Positions 40,943 to 53,100 of a DNA stretch of 64,000 bases are shown here, one piece after another. Source of the stretch: Trypanosoma brucei (taxonomy: Eukaryota); assembly GCA_000002445.1 (NCBI GenBank), contig CH464491.1:3648001-3712000 (forward strand), read 5' to 3'. Each line of letters opens with the position of its first letter. The stretch's first letter is position 1. The notes beneath the pieces are model-generated. The model was not told the origin of the DNA. It saw only the letters and a program-made list of their open reading frames with translations, and searched no databases. The position numbers were made by a program, and so were the translations under genes.

Positions 40943-41602
40943 GTGAGAGGATCTCCAATGCAGCCCATGGTGCTTCCTTACGTGGACCGCAAGCCACCGA
41001 TTAGCAAGGTTATGGATGCGCGGGTACTGGTGTGGCGGGAGTCGGAAAGAATGCTGAGGAATGGAGAAGGTGCTGCGGAGTGTAGTTATGCACAAAAACT
41101 TCAAGTTCTGCGCTCTCAGCAACTTGCTGACGCCCGAAAATATATGGATACAAGTGCGGCGATGCGGTCCGTAAAACCGGTCTTAGCAACATCATCAGTG
41201 GATGCAGATGACGATGACGAGTTCTGTCGGAAGCGGTCGCGGGAATCTGAAGGTCCATCTGTTGACGAAATCCGCCGCTTTGAGGGGAAACTTGGGGAGA
41301 CGTTGGCGCTAGAGCTAACATTGTGGTCGCTCCGTCGTGGCTCCCACGGAGGTGTTCGGTCTCAAAGGTACACCACCGCCCTTCACGCGCTGCAAGACAC
41401 ACAAAAGCTGCTGAGGAAAACACTTCAACAAATGGAAGAAATCAACGCTCTCCGGTTTCTGGAGCAGCAGCAGTTCTTGAAGGTCAACTCGGAGAAGGCG
41501 CGGTTACTTCATGTTAGGCTGAGAAACGTTCGGGCGTTGGAAAACATACTACGAGGCAATGGTAAACGGCGTGGTTCGACGCTTCTGGCGACTCTTGAAT
41601 AG
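40943..41602 (+). CDS. Hypothetical protein (about 215 aa), helical/charged
   Basis: Uninterrupted ORF in sense orientation with normal composition (R/E/L-rich, coiled-coil-like C-terminus). No motif recognised. Confidence 0.5.
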   Translation: MRGSPMQPMVLPYVDRKPPISKVMDARVLVWRESERMLRNGEGAAECSYAQKLQVLRSQQLADARKYMDTSAAMRSVKPVLATSSVDADDDDEFCRKRSRESEGPSVDEIRRFEGKLGETLALELTLWSLRRGSHGGVRSQRYTTALHALQDTQKLLRKTLQQMEEINALRFLEQQQFLKVNSEKARLLHVRLRNVRALENILRGNGKRRGSTLLATLE

Positions 41603-42051
41603 TTTATATTGTTATTCTCAATGCCAGCTGGTCGTTTGTTGATGGATGCGTGTTCGCGGGTGGCTCGGCCGGGATGCGGGTCGTTGGGCCTTTGAGTTGA
41701 TACCCAATTATTTGTGTATGTGTGAATATCGTTGGTAATTCTTGTTACCGCTATGATGGATGAGCCAATGCCCTTCTTTACCCCCCGGGTTGTGGGTAAA
41801 TGCATATACTGCCTCTTTCCTTTATTGCACTTTAACTTTGCTACCGTTGTAGGTCACAAAGCATCTTTCCGTAGAGCAGAAAATTTCAAACCATATAAAG
41901 GAGCGCACAATTATAGGCACCTAACCAAGGAAGGACAAGCTTGGGCGAGTAAACAAACAATCTTGATTACGGCCTCTTGCACCCTTTCTTCCTTGTGTAA
42001 TTTTTTTTCTTTGCATCGTTTAGTTCTTTCATTCTTTTTCTTTTGTGAGAC

Positions 42052-43038
42052 ATGCCGCTTGGTCCCATTGTCGTAGCCCCACATGAGGAACACAACATCA
42101 CACTTCCTTCTGGTGATGTATTTCGTCTCATTCTTTTTGGTGGATGTGATGGTGACTTGGTGCGGCGAGGGGAGAAACCGCCTCCGACACTATTTTGTTT
42201 ACATGGCGCTGGAATGAGCTCCTCCAATTTCCACGTATTGGCAACTCATATGACACAACATGCCAAGTCGTCTGCTCATGAGGAGTCACCTTATGCCGTA
42301 CGCGTTGTCACATTTGACATGCGATGCCACGGAGACTCCACGCGACGCGGTGGTGAGGGGTCCCTAACGCTGCAAGTTCTCGTGGACGACTTCAGGGCGT
42401 TGTTAAGAACAGTGAAGGAGTCACTTTTTTCCGCCACACCGCACTTCTATTTCGTCGGCCACTCCCTCGGTGGTTCTGTGCTGGTTCATGGGTTGCGTGG
42501 TGAGGCGGATTTGTTGCAGCTGGCCGCCGGCGTTGTGCTGCTTGACGTTGTGGAGGGTACCGCCCGCATTTCACTTCAGCACATGGATAAGTTTCTGGAG
42601 AACCGACCACGACAGTTCCATGAAGTAGCGGAGGCTACTCAATGGTTTCTTCGGCATGGTGGAATGAATAGCGCTGCATCTGCTGCGGTGACGGTGCCGC
42701 ATTTGCTTCGGAAGGAGGGGGATCATTTTGTGTGGAAATCGAACCTGGAGGCAATGGCACCCGTATGGCCTCAGTGGTTTGACGGACTGGACGAATGTTT
42801 CGTGACACTTCCCTGCCCTAAGATTCTTTGCTTAGCGAGCACAGAGAGGCTTGATACGGCTCTTACTATTGCACAGATGCAAGGGAAATTTCAACTTGAG
42901 GTGCTGGGCAACAGTTGTGGTCACTACGTTATGGATGACCAACCATCGGCTGTGGCTGCGGTGTTGCAACGCTTTATTCGGCGGATAGAGACCCTGACAG
43001 AGAAATTGAAATGCAGCATTCGTAAACCTGTCAAATGA
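42052..43038 (+). CDS. Alpha/beta-hydrolase, protein phosphatase methylesterase-1 (PME-1)-like
   Basis: Nucleophile elbow FVGHSLGGSV (GxSxG). Upstream oxyanion-region LFCLHGAGMSSSNFHVLATHM resembles the PME-1 'HGGGHSALSW' block. C-terminal catalytic His context NSCGHYVMDDQP. 328 aa. Confidence 0.75.
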   Translation: MPLGPIVVAPHEEHNITLPSGDVFRLILFGGCDGDLVRRGEKPPPTLFCLHGAGMSSSNFHVLATHMTQHAKSSAHEESPYAVRVVTFDMRCHGDSTRRGGEGSLTLQVLVDDFRALLRTVKESLFSATPHFYFVGHSLGGSVLVHGLRGEADLLQLAAGVVLLDVVEGTARISLQHMDKFLENRPRQFHEVAEATQWFLRHGGMNSAASAAVTVPHLLRKEGDHFVWKSNLEAMAPVWPQWFDGLDECFVTLPCPKILCLASTERLDTALTIAQMQGKFQLEVLGNSCGHYVMDDQPSAVAAVLQRFIRRIETLTEKLKCSIRKPVK

Positions 43039-43333
43039 GTCGTAGTATTGCAATGACCAAAGCGCTGCTACCGGCGTTACGTTAAATCGTCATCTTTCTT
43101 TCCTGATCTGGCAATGGTTGTTTGGGGGAAACCGTAGTATATGAAGATCAAAGGAAAATAGGAAGATTTCCCCTTCATCTTTAAGGGGCTTCCTTCACCT
43201 TTCTATTTCAGGTATCACATGCGGAGGGTTGAATTTCCCCTGGCTTTGTGTGTATATCTGTGCGCGTGCTGCAAATGTGGAGCCTTGGTGCTGCTGCTCT
43301 CTCGTTCGTTTTCATTGATGCCGTTTACCTGAA

Positions 43334-43364
43334 GGGAGGGGAGGGGAGGGGGGGGGACGGGGGG
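43334..43364 (+). repeat. G-rich tract with multiple G3-G8 runs; potential G-quadruplex former
   Basis: gggaggggaggggagggggggggacgggggg seen directly. Confidence 0.8.
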
Positions 43365-44018
43365 TTTATATCAATCTTTCCCATTCACCAGCTTAAGCCT
43401 CGTGTTGCATGGGAAGAAAATATCTTTTGACACTACCCACTGAAGTAAAGGAATCACGAACTTCTATTTGTATATATATATGCGTATGCGTGCGGGTGTT
43501 TGAATATATTGTATACAAGCAATAATAACTAAAGTTTATCAGTTTCTCTCAAGTGGTTATTTTTGAGGATCCGTGTAGGTTTGTGTTTTCTCTTTCCCTG
43601 CACGCTGCGCTGAGGCGCAGGGTTATGTACAAGGGAATCTGGCGGGTGCTACGGTATAAAACATTGTGGATCAACTCTTTTTTTTTTTTTTTACCGTCGT
43701 TGGTATACATTATTGTACCCGGCATGGTATTTTGCAGTACGAGTTGTATGAAAACATTTCATTTACAAATATATATTTTTTAAATGCAACTTTCCCCTGT
43801 TTTCCTTTTTTTTTAAAAAAAATTCTTTACTTCTTACCCATTAGTTTCCAAGCCGAATACGCGAAACGCAGTGCTTGTGTGCTTGTGTGTGTGTGTGTGT
43901 GATTTATTAGTTGTACAGGCGCCCGTCAGAAGTACTGGTGGTTGTATAGTAGGTATATTATTCTTTTAATACCTCCATAGTGCTAATAAACAAAACAAGT
44001 GGCTCAGTAAACTCTTTA

Positions 44019-44060
44019 ACAAAACAAACAAACAAACAAACAAACACACACACACACATA
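44019..44060 (+). repeat. Compound (CAAA)6-(CA)8 microsatellite
   Basis: Seen directly. Confidence 0.95.
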
Positions 44061-44154
44061 CAGGAAAAAAAAAAGAGAGAGAAGGAGAGGGAAAAGCGGA
44101 AAGGTGAAACAAAGATTTGGGTTTGTTTGTGTGTTTGTGTGTTTGTGTGGGAAC

Positions 44155-44547
44155 ATGTCCATAAGTCAAGTGGATCTCGAGCACTCGCCTCATCCCGCAT
44201 TTCAAGTCGCCACCTTCTCAGCTACGGATGAATCCGCTGAAGGGGCCGCGACATCTCCTGTCGGTGACGGCGAGTGTTTTGGAGGTGTCCGCAACGGCGT
44301 GTCCACCAACTCCATAAAAAGTGCGGCGGAACTTCTGTCAGTGCATCAGAAAACATTGATAGATATTAGTCTAACATTTCCAGCAAGAGCACCAACATTA
44401 GATTTACTGGATATGCATGGTATTACGTTAAGTCGCCGTACGTTGCGAGCCGACTTGCCAGATCCCGATGGAAGGGATGCGGCATTCAGTAAACTTGAGG
44501 AGTTTCGGTTTGGAGATGATCATTCAGATGATCCGTCAAACCTTTGA
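44155..44547 (+). CDS. Possible small protein (about 130 aa), acidic/Ser-rich; uncertain
   Basis: ORF 44104-44547. The first 17 codons are translated TG-repeat sequence, so the start is placed at MSISQVDLEH (44155). Composition is non-repetitive, but no motif is recognised. It could equally be UTR. Confidence 0.3.
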   Translation: MSISQVDLEHSPHPAFQVATFSATDESAEGAATSPVGDGECFGGVRNGVSTNSIKSAAELLSVHQKTLIDISLTFPARAPTLDLLDMHGITLSRRTLRADLPDPDGRDAAFSKLEEFRFGDDHSDDPSNL

Positions 44548-47500
44548 CATGTTTCTCTCTCTCTTTTTTTTTATTTAAACTTTTCCCTTCCCTTCCCTTC
44601 TATTCTGTTTTTTTTTGTAAAATGATAATAGAAGAATAAATTATTATGCATTGTGTCCGTATTCGACTTACTGACGACACCTTTTTTGGTATTCCTTTTC
44701 CTGTTTGTATATTCTGCCTCCACTTTTCATATATATTTAGTTACATCTATGAATAATTTTTTTTTTGTCCAAAAGTTTCTTCTTTTTTTAAAAAAATTTT
44801 ATTTTGATCAAGACGCGTAACGTGATTATATATAAGTGAATTTACTGTTTATTATTATTTTTTTTGCCAGTGTTGTTATTTTTGTTGTTGTCTTACTTAT
44901 TATCTGAGCGGTTACCAGTGTGGCGTAGTTAAAAAGAGTTTTTTTTTTTAATAATTAAAAAAAAAAAAGAAAGACAGCTCCGCAGGTGTGGAGAAAGAAA
45001 TGATATGATGAGAAGATAAAAAGGAGTGGGACAACAAATGTCAACAGATTGACTGTGAGAAAGTGTTGTTATGAAAGGAAGTTTTTTTTTTTAATTATAA
45101 AAAAAAGGAAAAAGTAGAATAATTTGAGTGAAGGAAGTAAAGGATTAATTACATTTTTTGTTTTTTTTGTTCTTTTAATGAGTCGAAGCCACCACAGTCT
45201 TATGCATGTTTTTTGATTCATATAAATAAATAAACATTCCATTATCTACTTATATGTTTGGGAAAACGTCCAGCGATTTATGATGGAGGGAAGTTGAAAA
45301 AGTAAAATAGATGAATAATTAAATAAATTAAATAAGAAGAGAAAGTGATGTTTGGTGGAAGGATTAAAAAAAAAAAGTAAATGCTTCAAATAAAATATAT
45401 ACCAATTAAAGGAGATGCAAACACTCGCGTACCCTACGTAGTTGGGAAGGGGGAGAAGGAAGTAAATAAATAAGTAGAGAGAGCGAGAGAGAGAAAAAGA
45501 AAATGAAGAGAAAAAGTGAAAGTAAAAGTTAAGGAAGAAAAAAAAAAAGAACAGAGAGAAGAGAGGGAGAGAGCAATGGAAGGTGACGCGCCGTTTCCGT
45601 GTTGTTTGTTTTTTTTTTCCCCCTCCTTTTATTTTATTTCATTTTATTTTATTTTCTTTACTTGTGGTTGAGTGGAAGCGTTCTTTCGGCGGCTATAAAT
45701 ATGTTATTGTTTTGTCGTGTGCGAGTCTGTACTTATGCAAATAAGTATAAATATACAATACATAAATATATGTGTGGCACGGTGTGTTAGGGTTAGGGAA
45801 AGGGGGGGGGAAACCAAAAAAAGAGGAAAAAAAGAGGATAATAAATATTATAAACTGTGACATAACGAATTGTTTTTTTTAAAAAATAGTTGTCACAGTT
45901 GTTTTCTTTTCTTTTTCTTTTTTGTTGTTCTACCCCATTTCTACCCATTATTCAGCATGAGGGAACATATATTTATTTTGGTGGTTTGATTCCTCTTTTA
46001 GTTTTTTTGACTTTAATTTTGTATTTGCGAACGTTTGAACACTTTCTTCATCTAATGTTGTTTTTTTTTTCAAATTTTCTACTTTTGTGACTATGTTTAT
46101 ACTTGACGGCACCACATAAGCAAGATTCAGCCGTTACTTCTTTTTTTTTTCGTTATGAACTGTTGTTGTTAAGAATAACATTTTATGTTTATTACTGCTT
46201 TTTTTTTCTTTTTGTTCGATGCCCGTTGCATAATTGTGGTTTTGTGAAGCGTACTGATTTTGTAGTGCTGCTACAACCTCGGGACGTAAATGCGGTGAAA
46301 CATCATTGGGTTAACACCTTTTCTCTTCCATTTTCATTTTTATTTCTCAAATAGTTTCTGTTTCTTTTTTTTTTTGTATTACCACTCACCATTATCTTTT
46401 CCATTTATTTGTTTATTTTCCCTCCCCTCCGTGTGATCCCTCAAATATTATTTCTGCGAACATCAATTTTTGTTTTTATTGTTTATTATTAATTTTGAGG
46501 ATAGGGAGGGGAGGAGGCGGTTGAAATGCCGAATATATGGTAGAGAGGTGAGAGGAAAAAAAAAAACGAATAGGGACTAAAAAAAAAAATAAAGTCTTGA
46601 AAAGATAAGGAAATATTGAATGGGGCGATGGTGACAGGAAAGGAAAAGAAAGGGAAGGGAAACGCCGCTTATTTTTTCCTTTTTTTTCTTTTTTTTCCTT
46701 TTTTAGTTTCGTTATAAATTTTAAATTATGAATGGAGCGATGAGGTGGACCGTATGGTGATGTTACCGCACAAAACGGGGAATGAAAGAAGCACAATAAA
46801 GAAAGAAAAAAAAAGAAGGAAAATGGTTAATATTCATGTGTCTTGCATATCCTGCCTTTTCTTTTTCTTTCCTCTAGAACATCGTAATTCGCATTCTGTT
46901 GAACAAACGAAACTCTTTTTTTCTTCTTTTTTCTCTTTTTTTTTATTCAAAAAATTCTTTTCTCTTCTTTTTAATTTATTTAACGTATTTATATATTGTT
47001 GTTTTCATCTCCTTTTGAGATGGTATCAGTTAGCACACACACACAGAAGTGTCAGCTACAGGTAGTTGGAGATGAACTAAAAGAGAGAGAAAAGAAAAAC
47101 TAACAGCGAAAAGCGATGGGAAAGTTTACAGCGGTCGAAGTAGGTGAGCAGAAAAAAGCAACAATAAAAAGCTTAAAAGAAAAACAAAACAAAACAGAAA
47201 TAACAACAACAACAACAACGAAATATTGAGTAAAAAAAAGAAAAGAGGAATTGTCATCACAATTATAATTATTATTATTGTTGTTGTTTTTTTAAAGAGA
47301 AAAACAAAGGGAAGTAAGTACGATAAATGAATTGAAATACAAGAGAATATGAGGGACCAGAAAAAAGTATTTTAAAAAAAATTTAGTATTAATAGTTGGA
47401 GTGACGTTGAATGGAAAGGGGTGAGGTGTGAAGTTATTTAAGGAAGAAAAAATGTATTACACCAAGTAAAGAAGAGGGGAATGTTTTTGCATTTGTTTGT

Positions 47501-48040
47501 TTTTTTTATTTTTGTGGGTGCAAAACAGAAGGGTAATTCGTTTGTTATTTTGTTTTTTTTAAGTACTCAGCGATAGCTGAAGTGCGGGGTGTATATATAT
47601 ATATATAAGGTGGGTACGATTCGGGGAATGGTAAAAAATTAAGAAAAAGAAAGGATATCATGCAAAATAAACCAATGAGCTTACCGATGACGTTTTTTTT
47701 AAAAATCTAAACAAAAAGAACACTTTTGTTTATTGGGAACTTGTTTTTGTTTTTTTTTATTTTTCCTTTGTTGATTACTGTCAATATCTTCTTCATTTTG
47801 TTGTACCATTGTTATCAGGTAAAGTTAATGGCTGACAAATCAATTGGGTTGCTTATGCTTCCATCCATCGCATTTGATGAACAACACACCAACGAATATC
47901 TGCTCCCTCATCTTCTTTTTTTCTTTCTTTTCTTTTAATGCTGTTATTTCATCAGTGACATCTCATTCCATTCTTTAAAGACTGTTACTTTTTGTTTTGC
48001 ATGTCAATTTATATGCTTATTTCCCCTTCTTTTCTCTTCT

Positions 48041-49951
48041 TTGAAATGCCGTTTTGATTATGTCAGCGCGCGTAGGCACCAATCCGCGTACTTAATGCTT
48101 CTCGTAGCGCTGTTTATCGCTGCTGTTGTGGTGATTATCGTGCACCATTGTGCAACCACTCTCTTTCCACATATTCAGAAGATGTGCGATGCAAGACACA
48201 ACCGAGTTACATGTACCGAAGTGGATTATATTGTCATCGGTGCGGGACCCGGTGGTATCGCCGCTGCTCAACATCTCCTGCAGCATGATCCGCAAGGCCG
48301 CGTGTTAATTGTTGAGCGCGGTGAGGATCCTTCACCAGGTGGTGTTTTTGCATCTCTTCATAACTTTTTCCAACCTTACGATCTTTTATGTCACACTTTA
48401 GACCTTGTGGGGTCGAGGTTCGGCGAGTTGTTTTACATTCGGCATCCCCTGCGGAGGTGTTCTTCCGCATCTTGCAGTATTTGCGATGATGCCTCCATCT
48501 CAGTTTCTCCGAGGCTCTCTAACTTTGTCGAGCATCGTCGCGGATGTGGACTCGGAGGGACTTCTATCATCGACTGGGCCATGTACTTTCCGTCTATCCC
48601 TGTGGAGCCCGCTGCACGGAACCATGCGGGTTTTGAAGACCTTCAGGCGGTGCCGCATCGACTCGCGCGGGGGAGAAATCCGCTTTCATGGGCCTTCGCT
48701 GAAGCGGCTGCGGTTGTAACGGATCGTAGGGGGTCACCCGCAGGGGCGGAATCATCTGTGGACAGAAAATGCGGGGATCAACCTTCTCTGTTGCGTATTG
48801 ATGGGAATGGACGCCGCATCTTTCTTTTTAATCACATGCTGAAGAATGAAGGTGGTCGCTTAACCGTTTTATCGGGCACGGAAGTCGTTGGCATGACAAC
48901 TAGTGATGATGGCGAAGCCATTGTGTGCGTTAAGTGCAAACCAAAAGATCAAGAACCCTTTACTGTGAGTCTTCGGCGCGGTGTTATTCTGTCAGGCGGG
49001 ACTTTTGGGACGCCAAATCTCCTTAAAGGAGTTCTTTCAAAGCCACCTGGACCCTATCTCTCTCGAGATTCTATTGCTGTACCGTTAATTTTCCAAGCAC
49101 TTCCCGGCCTCTCGGACGACAGGGTGAACATACATTCCTTTGTTGCTCATACGGGTTTATGGTTTGGAGGCCGTGGTCCTTTACTGAACCCCTTCTGCGA
49201 CACGCTTGCAACCATTGATGTGCCTTCGTTAGGCCCACGAGCAAAGTTAGTAATATTTTTGCTTCCCTTTGGTGGTCGCGACTCGCTTGCATATGGCCGA
49301 TTGGGGTTTAATTACGTTTTCGGCGCATTCAGGGAAGGTTTCACAATGCTCATAACCCTCAGTGGTGTTGAAGACATTCGGTTTGATGTGAGTGATACTC
49401 AGAAGGAAGGTGCGACGGAAGGAAGCAATGCTCACTTTTCTGTCATTGACGAGAAAATGAGGCACAAAGTGTCAAATGCATTCATAGATGGCATGGAATT
49501 TTGCCGTCAAGTTGTTGCGGAGGCCCCACTTAGGTATCTTACGACAGGTTGTGAGGCGGCCGATGTCATGCTGTTCCGTGACGCGGTACAAATGAAAGAA
49601 TACGTAAGGGTTTTGTGCCCATCTCGGCGTAAACTCACTGAAGGGCAGCGTGCCCATGCGCGCGGCGTCCTCTTATGGGTTAAGGAGATGGTGTCGCGTC
49701 AAGATTACATGGAAGAATATGTTCGACGCCACGCGATGTGGTTGGGGTTTGCAAGTGGTGGTTGTGAGCAGGTGCTCCCGGCTGACGGGGGTCTGCGCGT
49801 CGCATGCATGCGGAATCTTTTTATCGGCGATTGCACAGCGGTAACAGACGCGATGTGGAGAGCTGGCGGTTGCGATACCCTCCGTGCGGGTTCAGTCGCA
49901 ACGGCTGTGGCTGTAGGAAAGGCGGCGGCTGCCGAGCTTCTATCGATTTAG
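48041..49951 (+). CDS. GMC-family FAD-dependent oxidoreductase-like protein with an N-terminal membrane anchor
   Basis: Hydrophobic helix YLMLLVALFIAAVVVIIV. Then a dinucleotide-binding DYIVIGAGPGGIAAAQHLL...RVLIVERGED, which is the GMC N-terminal signature pattern 'DY(I/V)(I/V)(V/I)G(A/G)G..G...A..L'. C-terminal FIGDCTAVTDAM...GSVATAVAVGKAAAAELL resembles the GMC C-terminal FAD-contact helix. 636 aa. Confidence 0.75.
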   Translation: MKCRFDYVSARRHQSAYLMLLVALFIAAVVVIIVHHCATTLFPHIQKMCDARHNRVTCTEVDYIVIGAGPGGIAAAQHLLQHDPQGRVLIVERGEDPSPGGVFASLHNFFQPYDLLCHTLDLVGSRFGELFYIRHPLRRCSSASCSICDDASISVSPRLSNFVEHRRGCGLGGTSIIDWAMYFPSIPVEPAARNHAGFEDLQAVPHRLARGRNPLSWAFAEAAAVVTDRRGSPAGAESSVDRKCGDQPSLLRIDGNGRRIFLFNHMLKNEGGRLTVLSGTEVVGMTTSDDGEAIVCVKCKPKDQEPFTVSLRRGVILSGGTFGTPNLLKGVLSKPPGPYLSRDSIAVPLIFQALPGLSDDRVNIHSFVAHTGLWFGGRGPLLNPFCDTLATIDVPSLGPRAKLVIFLLPFGGRDSLAYGRLGFNYVFGAFREGFTMLITLSGVEDIRFDVSDTQKEGATEGSNAHFSVIDEKMRHKVSNAFIDGMEFCRQVVAEAPLRYLTTGCEAADVMLFRDAVQMKEYVRVLCPSRRKLTEGQRAHARGVLLWVKEMVSRQDYMEEYVRRHAMWLGFASGGCEQVLPADGGLRVACMRNLFIGDCTAVTDAMWRAGGCDTLRAGSVATAVAVGKAAAAELLSI

Positions 49952-50167
49952 ATGGTAAGCACATTACAGAAGGAGTCGTACAGATGTCTTTGAGTATTCA
50001 TAGTGGAGGTATGGTTGTGATCGAACGATGTTGTCGCCGTTTTTGTAACGCATCCGTCGGCACCTATAAGAATGTTTTTGTTGTTGGTTTCAGCACTCCG
50101 TTCCTATATGAATGAGCGTAGTTGAAATATATATATTTTTATTAACTGCTTTCAGCTGAATAATTTC

Positions 50168-53100
50168 GTGTTTGCTTTCTTGTGTTGCTTTCATAGCGTT
50201 GCAGGTCCCAACAGAAACACAAAGTATTGGCACTGTGCTACTGGCCCACGCAGTGTGCGGTGGAAGTGTCGCCGCGCAGTCCCTGGAGTTGCAATAATGA
50301 AGACGGGTGCGTCCTGCGTTGAGCATCCATCGAGCATGCCCGATAAGGTGTTTGCTGCGCAGCTACAGTTAATTTGTGAGGCACTAAACACTTCGGGCGA
50401 AAACTCGGGCAAGTGGGGAGGACGTTTGGAGGCCCTTCGGCAACTTGAAGTCTTTTCCAGAGCTGACATGTCGAATCGTCGCGATTTCATGATGCTTATG
50501 AATACTTTCGTGAAGGTTCCCCTTCAAAAACACATTGAAGAGGATCGTGCTGCGCTAAGCAACGAAGCATGTCGAGTGGTTACATCGCTGGCTAAACACT
50601 GCAGCAACCGCCGCGCGTGGCAGGCTGTCAGTGAGTGGTTTATTCAACCGCTCCTTAGGATTACTGTGCGGAAGAAGAAAGTATTTGTGGATGCTGCTGT
50701 GGAGACACTGTGTAACCTGGCCAGGACAAATAGTTTTGGGCCGAGGGCGTTTGCAGAACTTCTTCGTGGTTGTACCGCCGCTCACGCAGCGACGCGAAGT
50801 TACACTTTCAGCGTACTCCAGCTCTTTATACAACAATGTAAGAACAATGAGGGTGAATTTGCCCTTTCGCCATACCTTGGCGATGTATGCCGAGTGTTGC
50901 GTTCGGGGCTGTCAGATGCTGACGCTCAGACGAGGCGGTGCGCGCGTGACTGCTACTGGAATTTTCGTTCTGCAGAGGCGGAAGCCGCAGAGACATTGTA
51001 TAACGAACTTGAAGCACCTGTAAAACGTATGTTAGGACAGGACCGGAATAGGTTAACTATCGAGAATATGGTTCCTAAGATTGACAGAAACCCCACTACT
51101 GCCGCAACTCCTGCTTCTAAACTTGCCCGCGGGACGGATCGTGCCCTCTCGACACCGCAGGAGGAACCAGGAGCAGTGGAAGCCGCTGCACCTCCGGAGA
51201 ACTCGAAAACTAAGGGAGAACCCGAGGCAGGTGGGAAAGCCACTGAGGAGTGTGGGCCCGATGTACTACTTGAGTCTCTTTCCAGTTCTGCGTGGGAGGA
51301 GCGTTTACGAGGCGTGCGTCGGGTTGTGGAAGACTTCCCGTATCTCCGGCATAAGGAGGAGTGCGTGAAGCTGCTGGTCGTTCGACTGAATGACTCAAAT
51401 GGTCAAGTTGCGCTGGCGGCCCTTGAGGTGTTGCCGCTGGTTTTCCGTCTTGCGCCTTCGTTGTTCAAGGCTCTGCTACCTGAATTAATCACCTCACTAC
51501 TAATCAATGTGAGTGAACGCAAGGGATTCTCAGGGGTGTCAAGGAGACTTCTTGTTAGTACCATTAGAGCTAATTCCATTGACGATGTGATGGATGCAAT
51601 TTACTGCGAACTGCGGAGGATTGTCTCTCCGAGCCTGAAGGTACACGCTTTAGAATACGCCAAATATCTGTATATCGACAACGCTGTACACTTTGCGCAA
51701 CTGACGCCGATGCGACGCGCCGTGGAGGAGCTGCTGCCGATTATACAAACTGAGGGACCCCACAACCTCGTGCGTAAATCAGCTGCTTCAGCACTCACTG
51801 CCCTGTACGTCACTTCTAGGGGTACGTTCATACGCGTTCTGTCACATCATCTTTCGCCTAGTGACTGTGAAAGTATAGTTGACGAGCTTCAATTGGCAAT
51901 TCCGCACCTCGGACAGGAGTGTCGTCGTACTTTGACTGGACAGAAGCCGCTTCCGCACCCAGTGCCGGTTGTGCGATGCGCGTTTGCTGACATTTTGACA
52001 AAAGAGGACAGAACACCACCAAAGGATGCGAATGCGAAGGAGTTAACGGTGTCCAAGTCGACTGACCGTGGAAATGCTACACACAGTACCATTCAAAGAC
52101 CTTCTACAGCTTGTGCGAAGGGAGTTCATGACCGCCCCCCTGAAAGACGAAGTAACAAAAGATACCTCGGAGAACGCAAGGTTGCCAGTCCAGCACCTAT
52201 GGATCGGCGGAGATCCCCCATGGGTAGGACTTCAAATGGTGATGGTGTTTCGCCTCTGCGTGGTAAAGGCGCCACTCACCACGTTCCAATGACTCTGCCG
52301 TATGCACTTCCCATTCACGGTGGGGGCAATGACTACAGCCCAGCGGATTTGTTAGAATGGCTAGACAGGACGAACGTCTCTACCGACACTCGTGATATTT
52401 TGGATGCCATTGCTTTTGCGATTGCGAAAAATCCCTCATCGTGGGGGGAAGTGTTTAACCGCCTTCTCGTTCTGTTAGAGAGGCTCATCCCCGACTCGTG
52501 CGAGCCAAGTCATACGGTACGTTTTCTTGCTCTTAAGGTGCTTCATACAGTGGTGGGAAGTGGAGTCCTCCGTCAGGCTGTGAATCGATCTCTAAAGCGT
52601 ATACTTCTTCTTGTGCGCGCGGGGATTGATGATGTGTTCCCAGAGGTTCATATGGATGCTGCGGCAGTCCTTCATTTGATTATCAACAGCGGGTTGTACT
52701 CAACTGATCATCTCCTCAACGCTGTCGCTATGACTTTGGACACGTGGTTGCGGAGCAATAAGGTGGGTTACAGCAGCAGGGGTTGGTTGACGATGTTAGA
52801 AGCCATTAAACATATTTTCTTTCAACTTGGATGCTCAGCCGTGCTAGTTCCGTGTGCCTTCAAGGAATATGCAGAACTGAAAGATACCACCCCGGGTGTT
52901 GTGAGCGAACCAGTTCTCCACCGCGTTTGCAGTACTGTGGTGTCTGCCGTTCATCATAGCGTCCCTGAAGTGCGTTTAACAGCGGTTGTTGCTTGTGTTG
53001 CTATTTGGATGACATTTGACACTGCTGCATTGCCTTATTTTGTTGATCTCACAGCAAGCCAACGGAAACTTATTTCAATGTACTTCACAAAGTTGGCCGA

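Noticed and set aside
45787-45798. Two tandem TTAGGG telomere-like hexamers
   Set aside because: Only two copies, which is within chance expectation for a G-rich spacer. No flanking subtelomeric features.
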